Assembly (NCBI GenBank): GCA_017451545.1
Contig: JAFTOB010000025.1
Location: 3,721-67,720, forward strand
Reading direction: 5' to 3'
From: Clostridia bacterium
GTDB lineage: Bacteria; Bacillota; Clostridia; Oscillospirales; CAG-272
DNA: 64,000 nt
The notes beneath the pieces were generated by a model that was not told where the DNA came from, made no database searches, and worked only from the letters and a program-made list of their open reading frames with translations. This document shows positions 29,669-39,074 of the stretch, in pieces. The translations under genes were made by a program, and so were the position numbers. The number at the start of each line of letters is the position of its first letter. Within the stretch, counting starts at the first letter, position 1.

Positions 29669-31981
29669 ATGAACAGAAATCTTACGTCAAAAGTCAAGGC
29701 CTGCGCCCTTGGCATCGGTGCCGATCTTGTCGGCATAGCCCCAATCTCCCGTTTTTCGGGTGCGCCCATTATGATGAGCCCTCAGGGTATTCTGCCCACC
29801 GCCACAAACGTGGTGGTCTGCGCCATCCACCATCTTGACGAAGCCATTGAGCTTGGCGGTGAGGAGCACCCCCAGATCATCGGCCCCTACTCCATTCAGT
29901 ACGTTATGAATCTGAAGCTCGACTACATAGCCTTCAGAGTTGCTAAGTATCTCGACAGCCTCGGCTACGAGGCCGTGCCGATCGCCGCCTCCAACATTTG
30001 GAGATACCGTCCCTTCGGCGATATGACCGCTACCTTTGCCCCCGATATGTCCCATATTTACGCGGCCACCTGCGCGGGTCTCGGTCAACTTGGCTGGCAC
30101 GGTCTGACCATGTCCCCCGAATACGGCCCCCGAAATCGCTTTATCTCGATCATCACCAATGCCCCGCTCTGCCCTACGCCCCTTTATGACGAGCGCAAGC
30201 TCTGCGATATGTGCGGCGAGTGCATCCGTCACTGCCCTACCGACGCATACAGAAAAGAGTGCAACGGCACAAAGAGCATCGTGGTTGAGGGCAAGGAGTT
30301 CAAGTTTGCCAACAAAAATCTCTGGCGTTGCGCTTGGGCCGAGCATTTTGACCTTGACCTTGATCTTGAGATCCCCGAGGTCGTGGACGAGAAGGTCATT
30401 CTTGAAAACATCGACAAATACGGTATGCGCGGCGGCGAAATGGGCTGCTGTGTCAAGTTCTGCCTGCCGAAGCATCTGCGAAGCGACGGCGGCGAGCACA
30501 CCTCCGCGCCCCAGCGCTTGAAGCACAGCGTTGCCAATGCCGATCTGCCCGTTCACAGACGCCTTTATGACGACGTGGTGAGCTTCGTCGGCCGTTACAG
30601 CGTGGACAACGTGGTATTCCTTGACGAGCAGACGGTGGACGCCCTCGGCGGCAAGTCCGCCTACGAATACGCACGCGGCGCCGTGGTAATGACTCTGTCC
30701 TGCAAGAGATCCGCGCAGGCGCAGGGCGACAAGATCAACGCGCGAAACGGCTACGGTAACGAGAGCTTTGGCACCATCAGTGCCGAGCAGACCGCTCTTG
30801 CCCATTTCTCGGGCTTTGCGCGTCTCGACGCCGCAAGGATCATTGATGATTACGGCTACAAGACCCTCAACAGCCCCGAGGTCGACACCGCCGCATACTT
30901 GAAGGCCGCAGGCATTGAGCCTCGCGAGGACGAGATCACTCTCACCGAGGTCCTCCTTTGCACCGCTCCCTTTGCCGCTTGCGAATATTATGACCTCAAC
31001 GAGCCCATCGAGCATCAGAGAAAGTCCCTCACCGAGAATCTTTGCGACCTGATGGAGGGCGAAGGCAGCGATCTTTACGCCATCGTCCCCGCCGAGCGTA
31101 TGGACGAGCTCTCAAGGAAGCTGATCCCCATAAAGGGCGGCGAGACCATTATCGACATGGCCTCAAAGACACCGAGGTTCCACATCTTCGAGCCTAACTC
31201 AAACACCTACAAAAGAAAGATATACAAGACCGCCGACCATCTGGAGGGTGCAAAGAACGTGATCCTGATGGGCATCCACTACCCCGAGATCGTGCAGAAA
31301 ATGACCATCAAGCCCCCGGCATTCGCCGTCGGACCTTATATGTACTCGAAATACGAGACCACCTTTGAGCTTGCCTATTCCTCCTTCAAGGTCGAGAAAT
31401 ACCTGCAGGGCAAGGGCTACCGCGCCGTTGCCACATATAATCTCACGGGAATCGGCGGCGATATGGGAACGCCCCGCGGTGCTCTGCCCGATGCCTTCTG
31501 CAATCAGCTTGAGGCCGTGGAGGCCGGGCTCGGTCAGCTTACCGTGAACGGTATGTGCTACACCGAGGAGCACGGCTTCAGCCAGGATTTTATTGCCATA
31601 GTTACCGATGCGCCCCTTGACGAGATCGTTAAGGCCAAAGGAGCCGTGAGCAACGTGACCTGCGAGGGCTGCGACGCCTGCGTGAAGGCCTGCCCTGCCG
31701 GCGCTCTGCGCGAGAAGAATGCTGTGCACATCAAGCTGAACGGCAAGGAATACAAGTGGATCCCCACCGACGGCCGCGCCTGCGACTGGTCTAAAAAGTA
31801 CGCCCTTTGCGGCGAGGAGGGTCACAAGTACACAGGCTCCGACTCCGACTTTGAAGTCCCCGACGAGATCACCGAAGAAAACCTTGCCGAAGCCATGGGC
31901 AAGGCCGACCGAATCCTCTCCTACCGACCCACCACCGTTCACCGTTGCGTGATCGAGTGCCCGCTGACTCAGAGAAATTAA
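29669..31981 (+). CDS. 4Fe-4S cluster protein made of two tandem QueG/reductive-dehalogenase-like halves (770 aa)
   Basis: The first half has GADLVGIAPISRF...CDMCGECIRHCPTDA. The second half has VILMGIHYPE...CEGCDACVKACPAGA. Both halves share the pattern ...GLGQLG/T...G...F..I(I/V)T(N/D)APL. Confidence 0.6.
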   Translation: MNRNLTSKVKACALGIGADLVGIAPISRFSGAPIMMSPQGILPTATNVVVCAIHHLDEAIELGGEEHPQIIGPYSIQYVMNLKLDYIAFRVAKYLDSLGYEAVPIAASNIWRYRPFGDMTATFAPDMSHIYAATCAGLGQLGWHGLTMSPEYGPRNRFISIITNAPLCPTPLYDERKLCDMCGECIRHCPTDAYRKECNGTKSIVVEGKEFKFANKNLWRCAWAEHFDLDLDLEIPEVVDEKVILENIDKYGMRGGEMGCCVKFCLPKHLRSDGGEHTSAPQRLKHSVANADLPVHRRLYDDVVSFVGRYSVDNVVFLDEQTVDALGGKSAYEYARGAVVMTLSCKRSAQAQGDKINARNGYGNESFGTISAEQTALAHFSGFARLDAARIIDDYGYKTLNSPEVDTAAYLKAAGIEPREDEITLTEVLLCTAPFAACEYYDLNEPIEHQRKSLTENLCDLMEGEGSDLYAIVPAERMDELSRKLIPIKGGETIIDMASKTPRFHIFEPNSNTYKRKIYKTADHLEGAKNVILMGIHYPEIVQKMTIKPPAFAVGPYMYSKYETTFELAYSSFKVEKYLQGKGYRAVATYNLTGIGGDMGTPRGALPDAFCNQLEAVEAGLGQLTVNGMCYTEEHGFSQDFIAIVTDAPLDEIVKAKGAVSNVTCEGCDACVKACPAGALREKNAVHIKLNGKEYKWIPTDGRACDWSKKYALCGEEGHKYTGSDSDFEVPDEITEENLAEAMGKADRILSYRPTTVHRCVIECPLTQRN

Positions 31982-31986
31982 AGAGA

Positions 31987-32024
31987 AACCGCCTTATGCC
32001 GTAGCATAAGGCGGTTATCTTTTT
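31987..32024. terminator. bidirectional terminator between convergent operons
   Basis: AACCGCCTTATGC-cgta-GCATAAGGCGGTT followed by ATCTTTTT. Confidence 0.75.
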
Positions 32025-32781
32025 ACTTGATGTTCTCGCAAATCGCTTTAACCTGCGATATCAGCGGCTGAACCGGGGTTGCGTGCTCGTCGTGCTCGGC
32101 AACGCAAAGCCACATACTTGCACCGAACATCGGGCCAAGTCTGCGGTGGATATTACATTCGCCCCCCGCGAGCAGCAAAAAGGGTGCACCCAGCTCGCGC
32201 TCCAAGACCAGAGAGGTCTTGAGGTTTTCAAGCTGCTCCTCCTCGCTGTTTGCATAGGTGACTATCTTGATTATATCGGCGCCGCGCTCCTTTTGAGCCA
32301 TCGCGATCTCGAGCACGCGGTCTGCCTCCATATATTTCATGGTGTGCGAGGACATCAGAACCTCCGCGCCCTCGGCGTGGATCCTTTCGATCAGTCTCTT
32401 CTGCTTGTCGATGGCCGCGGGATCGGTCGTCAGCTCGTCGGGGTGACGGTCGTAAAGATCGCCCATCACGTCAACGAGAGTGGCACCTGCGCGCGCGATA
32501 TCGATAATATGCTCACCTATCTTTTCATCGTCCAGCGAGGTGTGTCTGTTCTCACCCTTTCTGTAATTCGTTACGTAGGTAGGCTTGCCCTCGGCGGCGG
32601 CGAAAATGCGGCGGTAGGTTTCGATATTTCTGTCTTTTTCCTCTAATTTGCAGGTCTGTATACCAAAGGCATCCGCACCCAGCGCGTCGGATTTCTTTAT
32701 CAGCTCAATTACTCTTTCGGGGGTCGTACCCTGCACCATTGAGGTGATCATCGGGCGGTCGTATCTAAGAAATTTTCCCAT
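32023..32781 (-). CDS. type I 3-dehydroquinase (AroD)-like TIM-barrel protein
   Basis: The AroD-like layout is ITSMVQGTTPERVIELIKKSDALGADAFGIQ, SSHT (His position) and DIIKIVTYANSEEE (Schiff-base Lys position). Assignment is by motif pattern only. Confidence 0.5.
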   Translation of the reverse strand: MGKFLRYDRPMITSMVQGTTPERVIELIKKSDALGADAFGIQTCKLEEKDRNIETYRRIFAAAEGKPTYVTNYRKGENRHTSLDDEKIGEHIIDIARAGATLVDVMGDLYDRHPDELTTDPAAIDKQKRLIERIHAEGAEVLMSSHTMKYMEADRVLEIAMAQKERGADIIKIVTYANSEEEQLENLKTSLVLERELGAPFLLLAGGECNIHRRLGPMFGASMWLCVAEHDEHATPVQPLISQVKAICENIK

Positions 32782-32782
32782 C

Positions 32783-33811
32783 TTAATTTATTCCTTTCGC
32801 TTTTATGTATTCGTCCATTCTGTCGTTCTGGGTGGTAGGCGCGAAAACGTGGTCGCGCGGGAGCTCACTCAGTACCAGCTTGAGTCCGTCGTAGAGGGGC
32901 ATAAGCTCGCTCTGCTTCATTCCCGTTACGTTGAGTATCTTCGAGTTATCTATGATGCGGTCGAAAAGGCGGTCATAGCAAAGCTGCCAGCGCGCACCGA
33001 TAAGACCGTTCTCCCTTGCGGGGTTAGCCATTATTCCGATAAAATCCTCGGTGGGGATGGTTTGATATTTCATCCCTATGAGCTTGCCGTAATACTCGGC
33101 AACAGTTTTCCACTCGTTATGCTCCGCCGTCGAAACAGTATAGGTCTCGCCGTATGCGGCGGGATTGAGTATCATTCTCGCGATCATCCGTGCAATATCG
33201 CCTGCCCAGGACATAGTCGCCTGCACGCCCATGGCCTCCTCGGGGAGAAGTACGGCCTTGCCCGCCATCGCGCGGGTATAGACCACGTTTGCCTCGCAGG
33301 TGACGAGCTGATAACGGCCGACCGAATAGGTAATCGCCGGGCGGATGATCGACCAATTTTTCTTGCCGAGGGCGCGAAGCACGCGCTCTCCCTCCGCCTT
33401 GTAAAGCGAATAGTCCCCGGGGTTTTTGGCGATCTCCTCGGGAGAGAGGACGTCGAGCAACAGCGGCGAGGTCTCCTTTATGGGATGCTCCTCGTTTGCA
33501 TAGGTGCGATATGACGAAAGATAGATATAATGGTCTGTATTATTGAGGAATTTATCTATTCTGCGCGAGAAATTTTCGGTTTTATGGTAGATCAGAAAAT
33601 CAACTATAGCCGAATATTCATTTTTCAGCAGCTCCTCGATGGCATCGTCATTATCCTCGGGCAGGCTCATAGCAAAAGCGCGCAGATTTTTGTGCCCGAG
33701 CGCAAACTTATCCATTGCTACGGCATCCACCGCGTAGCCCATCTCGAGAAGGTATGGGACAAGGTATTTGCCCATAGCGCCCGTGGCGCCGAGGACGAGG
33801 ACCTTATTCAT
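32783..33811 (-). CDS. NAD(P)-dependent epimerase/dehydratase (NmrA/SDR-extended) family protein
   Basis: Trimmed to the ATG at 33811. The Rossmann motif is MNKVLVLGATGAMGKYL. It overlaps the upstream SDR gene by 8 nt. Confidence 0.7.
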   Translation of the reverse strand: MNKVLVLGATGAMGKYLVPYLLEMGYAVDAVAMDKFALGHKNLRAFAMSLPEDNDDAIEELLKNEYSAIVDFLIYHKTENFSRRIDKFLNNTDHYIYLSSYRTYANEEHPIKETSPLLLDVLSPEEIAKNPGDYSLYKAEGERVLRALGKKNWSIIRPAITYSVGRYQLVTCEANVVYTRAMAGKAVLLPEEAMGVQATMSWAGDIARMIARMILNPAAYGETYTVSTAEHNEWKTVAEYYGKLIGMKYQTIPTEDFIGIMANPARENGLIGARWQLCYDRLFDRIIDNSKILNVTGMKQSELMPLYDGLKLVLSELPRDHVFAPTTQNDRMDEYIKAKGIN

Positions 33812-34589
33812 TTTCGTATTCCTTTCTCCATCTCGGCTGCTTCCTGTCAAGCATAAGGTGGCGGCCACCGTCGATGAGGATGCTCTCACCGGTGATAAAG
33901 CTTCCCTTATCCGAGCAGAGATACATAATGAGATCCACTATCTCCTGCGGCTCGGCGGCGCGGCCCATAAGCGTTTTCATATTCGCCATTGCTTCACGGG
34001 TGAGGACGGGGCCGGGGGCAACGGTGTTAACGCGCACACCGATCTCGGCGCCGCACTGTGCGAGAGCCTTCAGAGTTCCGTTCATCAAAGCGCTCTTCGA
34101 GGTGGCGTAAGCAACGGCACCCTTGCCTGCCTCTTCTCCCGTGATCGAGCCGAGCAGAATTATAACGCCGCCGGTTCTCTGCTCCTTCATTACGCGGAGC
34201 GTTGCGTGCGAAAAATAGACGGCTCCCCTGAGGTTCAGGTCAACTCCAAAGTCAAAAACGCTTATCGGCTGATCGTAAAAATGGTCATGCACACCGAGAA
34301 GTCGCGTTTCGGCACCGCCCGCGCAGGGGATGACGATATCGACCGAGCCGAAGGTCTCCTTAGCCTTATTTATACAGGACTCGACCTGCTCGTACTTCGT
34401 CACGTCGGTAACGCAACCGATAACGTTCTCTGTGACGGCTTTGACCTTTTCGGCAGCGGCATTAAGCGCATCGGGATTTATATCGGCAAGGACTACGTTT
34501 GCGCCCTCTTTTGCGAAGCTTTCGCCGCAAAGCAGACCCATCCCGGATGCTCCGCCGCTTATAACAACTGTTTTACTTGCGAATTCCAT
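33804..34589 (-). CDS. SDR family oxidoreductase (classical short-chain dehydrogenase)
   Basis: VISGGASGMG (TGxxxGxG-type), YATSK (YxxxK) and NTVAPG. Confidence 0.85.
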   Translation of the reverse strand: MEFASKTVVISGGASGMGLLCGESFAKEGANVVLADINPDALNAAAEKVKAVTENVIGCVTDVTKYEQVESCINKAKETFGSVDIVIPCAGGAETRLLGVHDHFYDQPISVFDFGVDLNLRGAVYFSHATLRVMKEQRTGGVIILLGSITGEEAGKGAVAYATSKSALMNGTLKALAQCGAEIGVRVNTVAPGPVLTREAMANMKTLMGRAAEPQEIVDLIMYLCSDKGSFITGESILIDGGRHLMLDRKQPRWRKEYENE

Positions 34590-34606
34590 TTTTAATTACC
34601 TCTTTT

Positions 34607-35287
34607 TCAAAATATTTTCAGTACCCCGTTTTGCCCCGGAAGTATATCCGGATCGTGGCAAAGCAGGACCGTGTATTTTTCGTCCCCGTATTTTTCAACG
34701 AAGGCGCGGCTTTTTTCGGGATTGACCGATGAACCCGTGGGGATCCGCTCGGTCAGGCAGCGGCGCGCATAGCACTCGTCGCCGCTTATGACGTAGGGCT
34801 TGCCGTCGAGCTCAAACTCAACGATGCAAGAGCCCTTTGCGTGACCTGCGATACAGCGCACGGTAACGTCACCGATCCTTGCGATCTCATCGAAAAGGTG
34901 CAGGTCAAAGCCCTCGGGAATATATTTGTGCTTCCTCTGAGAGGCCTCGTATTCAAGGCTCTGGATATGTATTGCCGCGTTTTTGAAATAATGCACCGCC
35001 TCGATATGATCGTGGTGGGCGTGGGTCAGAATAACGTCGGTAATATCCTCGGGAGAATACCCTCGACGCTCGAGGATCTCCACGGGCGACACGAAATATT
35101 TCATATCAAAGCCCGGCATGGTGTCACAGCCCGCGTCCACAAGGATGCGGCGCGTTTCGGTCTCAATGAGATAGACGGTAAAGGAGATCGGGATCTTCTC
35201 GTTCGCGTCGCCTCCCTCAAAGGCCCAGCTTCCGGGGACTGTGGACTCTGCATATTTCAGGGCATAAACGCCCAGAATCTTACTCAT
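34607..35287 (-). CDS. MBL-fold metallo-hydrolase (lactonase-like)
   Basis: The HAHHDH zinc motif is present and the size (226 aa) fits. It overlaps the upstream gene by 8 nt. Confidence 0.75.
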   Translation of the reverse strand: MSKILGVYALKYAESTVPGSWAFEGGDANEKIPISFTVYLIETETRRILVDAGCDTMPGFDMKYFVSPVEILERRGYSPEDITDVILTHAHHDHIEAVHYFKNAAIHIQSLEYEASQRKHKYIPEGFDLHLFDEIARIGDVTVRCIAGHAKGSCIVEFELDGKPYVISGDECYARRCLTERIPTGSSVNPEKSRAFVEKYGDEKYTVLLCHDPDILPGQNGVLKIF

Positions 35288-36269
35288 TTACAACGGTAAG
35301 AACGACCTTACCCACGCTCTTGCCCTGCTCGAGCAGATCGTGAGCCGCCTCGGCCTCCTCGATGGGCATGACCTTCCAGACGGTAGGTCTTACCTCGCCC
35401 GACTCGACCTTGGGCCAAATGTCGTTGACGAGATTCGAGAGGATCATTGCCTTGGTCTCCTGGGGCTTGGAGCGCAGAGTGCTACCGATAAGGCGGATAT
35501 TCTTGACGTACATAGTACGCATATTTACGGGAGTTATGTCGCCCGCGAGGGTTGCGATCATGATCCAGCGGCAGCCGTATGCCACGTAGGGGAAGCATTC
35601 GCCGACCTTTTCGCTGCCGAGGCAGTCGATGGCTAGGTTCAGCGGATGACCGTTCTCGGCCTCGCGCTTGAGCACGTCGGCAATATTCTCCTTTGATGTA
35701 TCGACGACCACGTCGGCGTTGAGGTGCTTGATGGACTCGGCTACCTTCTCATTGAGAACGGTGGTTATGACACGGAGACCGAAGGCCTTGGCCATGGGAA
35801 TGACCACGCTGGCAAGTCCCGATGCGCCCGCGTGCATAAGGAAGGTCATTCCTGCCTTGGCACCGCCCTCGATGAAGAGGTTGAGGTATGCGGTAGCAAA
35901 TGCCTCGGGCAATGCGGCGGCCTCAACGAGAGAAAGTCCCTTCGGAACGGGCATCAGCATGGAGTGGTGAACGTTTGCGTATTCGGCGTATCCGCCGCCT
36001 CCGAGAAGGGCGCAAACGCGGTCGCCGACCTTCCACTTGCCGAGCTTCTCCACCTCGGGAGTGATCTCGGTGATAACGCCCGCGATCTCAAGACCGGGCC
36101 AATCGGGGCAGCCGGGAGGGGGCGGATACTGCCCTGCTCTCTGCATAAGGTCGGCGCGGTTAACGGCGGCGGCGTGGATCTTTACCATTACGTCTCCGTC
36201 GGTGAGTACGGGGTTAGGTACGTCCTGCCATATCATATCCTTGTTTTCTGCTATTACTATTGCTTTCAT
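35280..36269 (-). CDS. NAD(P)H:quinone oxidoreductase (zinc-independent MDR, PIG3/Qor type)
   Basis: VKIHAAAVNRADLMQRAGQYPPPPG...GLEIAG and the cofactor loop HAGASGLAS. Confidence 0.8.
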   Translation of the reverse strand: MKAIVIAENKDMIWQDVPNPVLTDGDVMVKIHAAAVNRADLMQRAGQYPPPPGCPDWPGLEIAGVITEITPEVEKLGKWKVGDRVCALLGGGGYAEYANVHHSMLMPVPKGLSLVEAAALPEAFATAYLNLFIEGGAKAGMTFLMHAGASGLASVVIPMAKAFGLRVITTVLNEKVAESIKHLNADVVVDTSKENIADVLKREAENGHPLNLAIDCLGSEKVGECFPYVAYGCRWIMIATLAGDITPVNMRTMYVKNIRLIGSTLRSKPQETKAMILSNLVNDIWPKVESGEVRPTVWKVMPIEEAEAAHDLLEQGKSVGKVVLTVVNE

Positions 36270-36388
36270 TGCTTTCTCCTTAAATTAAATTTATCAATTA
36301 TATTTTAACATATTGACAGGAGTTTTTTATATATGTTATAATATCAAAAAAGAGAACTATTCTATCATTTGCGCAAAGGAGAGTATTC

Positions 36389-37195
36389 GTGAAGAACCTT
36401 ATATCCGCATCAAAGCTGAGTTTTTTGACTATCAACCGATACACACACGATGAGTACAATTTTTTTGATGCCGAGCATTCTCCCCGTCCCCATTTCTGTA
36501 TGGCGATCCTTGAACGGGGGCGCGCCGTCTTTCACGATTTTGAAAGCGGCGAGGATATTGAGCTTCTGCCCGGTGACGTTATTTTTGTAGTTCAAGGCTG
36601 CTGCTACTGCTCACACTGGTGGGGAGATCCCAAAGTATCCTACGTCAGCATCCATTTTTCCTTTGAGCATATGGGCGCATTCCCGAAGGACGGAAGGTTC
36701 TATCTGCAAAAGGTGCGCGGCGAGCTTTTGCCCGACGACATTGGCGAGAGCTATGAGCGGATGCTGCATAGCTATGCCGACGGTGAGCAGGCCTTTAAAA
36801 CTCTCGAGAGCTTTTACAAGATCCTCGGCTCGGTGGTGCCTCACTTAGGCTTCAGATCCGCGCCCCGCGACCTTCGGATAGCATCGGCCATCGAATATAT
36901 CGAGCAGAATTATCAGCGCGCTATCACCGCAGACGAGCTTGCCGCTCACAGCAATATGAGCGTATCCCGATTTTTCCCCCGATTCCGCGCGGAGACGGGT
37001 ATGACACCGGTGGAATACGTCAATTCTTACAGGGTCAACCGAGCAATTCTTTTGCTTATTTCGGGCGGAGGGCTTTCCATTGAGGAGATCGCAGAGCGGA
37101 CGGGCTTTGAGTCGTCGGCCTATTTTCGCCGCGTTTTCAAGGCACAAACGGGAAAAACGCCCCGCGAGTACCGTTCCTCGGCCATCGAAATATAG
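36389..37195 (+). CDS. AraC family transcriptional regulator
   Basis: GTG start. The C-terminal AraC HTH is ITADELAAHSNMSVSRFFPRFRAETGMTPVEY...GFESSAYFRRVFKAQTGKTPREY. It is divergent from the redox operon. Confidence 0.8.
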   Translation: MKNLISASKLSFLTINRYTHDEYNFFDAEHSPRPHFCMAILERGRAVFHDFESGEDIELLPGDVIFVVQGCCYCSHWWGDPKVSYVSIHFSFEHMGAFPKDGRFYLQKVRGELLPDDIGESYERMLHSYADGEQAFKTLESFYKILGSVVPHLGFRSAPRDLRIASAIEYIEQNYQRAITADELAAHSNMSVSRFFPRFRAETGMTPVEYVNSYRVNRAILLLISGGGLSIEEIAERTGFESSAYFRRVFKAQTGKTPREYRSSAIEI

Positions 37196-37282
37196 CAATA
37201 TTGTGGCAAAACTCGGCAATATAATTATTGAAAATTCCTGCCCTTTATAATAAAATGTAATCAAACCAATTCGGAGGTAAAT

Positions 37283-38356
37283 ATGTTAGGCCTTAAAAAG
37301 TTTGCAGACAGTCATCTGCATTTCGAAATAAATGATTACGCTAAGGTTCAGGGGCTGCTCGACTACGTTTCGGGCATAGGCGTAACCGATGCCGCCCTGC
37401 TCTGCCTTGAAAACTATCTCGGATGTGACCGCGCGCAGATGTTCACCGCCCTCTATTTCAAGGAGAATTACAAAAAGATAAATCTTCGGGTTTTCGGCTC
37501 GCTTTACGAGTTCGACGTTTATAAGGAGATCCCCTTTGAGGATCAGCTTCGCCGCATGATGGCTATGGGCTGTGACGGAATCAAGCTGATGAACATGAAG
37601 CCCGACGTGTACAAGGCTCTCGGCCGCGGTATAAATCACCCCGACTACGAGCCTATGTTCGCGCTTCTTGAGGAGACCGGCTTCCCCGTTGTCCTTCACG
37701 CCGCCGACCCCGAGGAGTTTTGGGGCGACCCGTCGAAAATGCTTGCGGGTCAGGTTGCCGCGGGCTGGTGCTACGGCGACGGCACTTACCCATCATACCA
37801 GCAAATCTATGACGAGGTCTACGAGGTGCTTGACCGTCACCCGAAGCTGAATATAACCCTCGCCCACTTCTTCTTTCTCTCAAACGATCTCCCCGAGGCC
37901 GTTCGCGTAATGGAAAAATACGAAAATCTCCGTTTCGATCTGACGCCGGGACACGAAATGTACGTCGGATTTTCCAAGAATATCCCCGCGTGGCGCGAGT
38001 TTTTTAGGAAATATCAGCACCGTATTCTTTTTGGAACCGACTCCACGACCACCCGCCCCCACGATATCACCCAAAAGAAATACGATCTCGTGGCGCAGGC
38101 TCTCAGCTACGATGAAAACGAGTTCCCCGTGCCGAGAAATCCCGAGATCCTTGTTCGCGGACTTCATCTCGACCGCGAGCTGATCGAAAACGTCGCATAC
38201 AACAACTTTATTGACTTCGCGGGCGAAAAGACCGCTCCCGTCAATATGGACTACGTACGCGCCGAGGCCGAAAAACTGCTCGAAGCCTCCAAAGCTTATC
38301 CCGAGCTCGGCCGCACTGTCGCCCTGCTTGAGGAATTCCTCGAAAAAACCAAATAA
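37283..38356 (+). CDS. amidohydrolase-superfamily (TIM-barrel metal-dependent hydrolase) protein
   Basis: DSHLHF (HxH metal site), VVLHAADP and a late FGTDS motif. Confidence 0.7.
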   Translation: MLGLKKFADSHLHFEINDYAKVQGLLDYVSGIGVTDAALLCLENYLGCDRAQMFTALYFKENYKKINLRVFGSLYEFDVYKEIPFEDQLRRMMAMGCDGIKLMNMKPDVYKALGRGINHPDYEPMFALLEETGFPVVLHAADPEEFWGDPSKMLAGQVAAGWCYGDGTYPSYQQIYDEVYEVLDRHPKLNITLAHFFFLSNDLPEAVRVMEKYENLRFDLTPGHEMYVGFSKNIPAWREFFRKYQHRILFGTDSTTTRPHDITQKKYDLVAQALSYDENEFPVPRNPEILVRGLHLDRELIENVAYNNFIDFAGEKTAPVNMDYVRAEAEKLLEASKAYPELGRTVALLEEFLEKTK

Positions 38357-38407
38357 TCATATCAAAACCGATCCCTCCCGAATACAATGTTACTCGGGAG
38401 GGATCTT

Positions 38408-39052
38408 ATGTCGGATATTACTTATGACGCCCGACTGCACGGGCTTTTTTTGCGCTGTATGAACGCGGTCTACACTCATTCGGGAGATTCCGCCGATTAC
38501 GCCATCGAACGTTGGGGCACTCGGCTTTATCTGTTTTTTCAGTGGTCGGACGGCCTCCGTGATTGGCAGAACAATCTTGACTTCCCCTCGCGCGCTTACG
38601 AAAGCCACGGCAAAAGCTGGCGTGTCCATCGCGGATTTTTGCGGGTATGGAAATCGGTTCGGGGTGAGATCGAGGCCGCCGTTTCAAAAAGTGTGTCAAA
38701 CTTTGAAACCACGGGCATTTTTTGTGTCGGATACTCCCACGGTGCGGCCATTGCGGGGCTTGCCACCGAGGATATGGAATTCCTTTTCGGGGCACACGTT
38801 CCCGTTTGCGGCTTTGGCTTCGGCTGTCCCCGCTTTATCTGGGGCTCGCTGCCGCGAGAGGTTAAGGATAGATTTTCCCGCTTTAACGTTATTCGCAATA
38901 TTCCCGATATCGTTACCCATCTGCCGCCGTATCTGCTCGGCTACCGCCACGGCGGACCATTGGTCAAAATAGGCAAAAAAGGTAAGTATTCACCGATCGC
39001 CGCCCATTATCCCGAAGCTTATCTTGAAGAAACGAAGCCGCCAACGGGCTGA
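38408..39052 (+). CDS. class 3 lipase-like alpha/beta hydrolase
   Basis: The ATG at 38408 follows GGGAGGG. VHRGFLRVW and the nucleophile elbow GYSHGAA are present. Confidence 0.7.
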   Translation: MSDITYDARLHGLFLRCMNAVYTHSGDSADYAIERWGTRLYLFFQWSDGLRDWQNNLDFPSRAYESHGKSWRVHRGFLRVWKSVRGEIEAAVSKSVSNFETTGIFCVGYSHGAAIAGLATEDMEFLFGAHVPVCGFGFGCPRFIWGSLPREVKDRFSRFNVIRNIPDIVTHLPPYLLGYRHGGPLVKIGKKGKYSPIAAHYPEAYLEETKPPTG

Positions 39053-39074
39053 TCCGTTGGCGGCAATTTTATTT
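39037..39074. terminator. bidirectional terminator
   Basis: GCCGCCAACGG-gctgat-CCGTTGGCGGC followed by AATTTTATTT. Confidence 0.7.
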
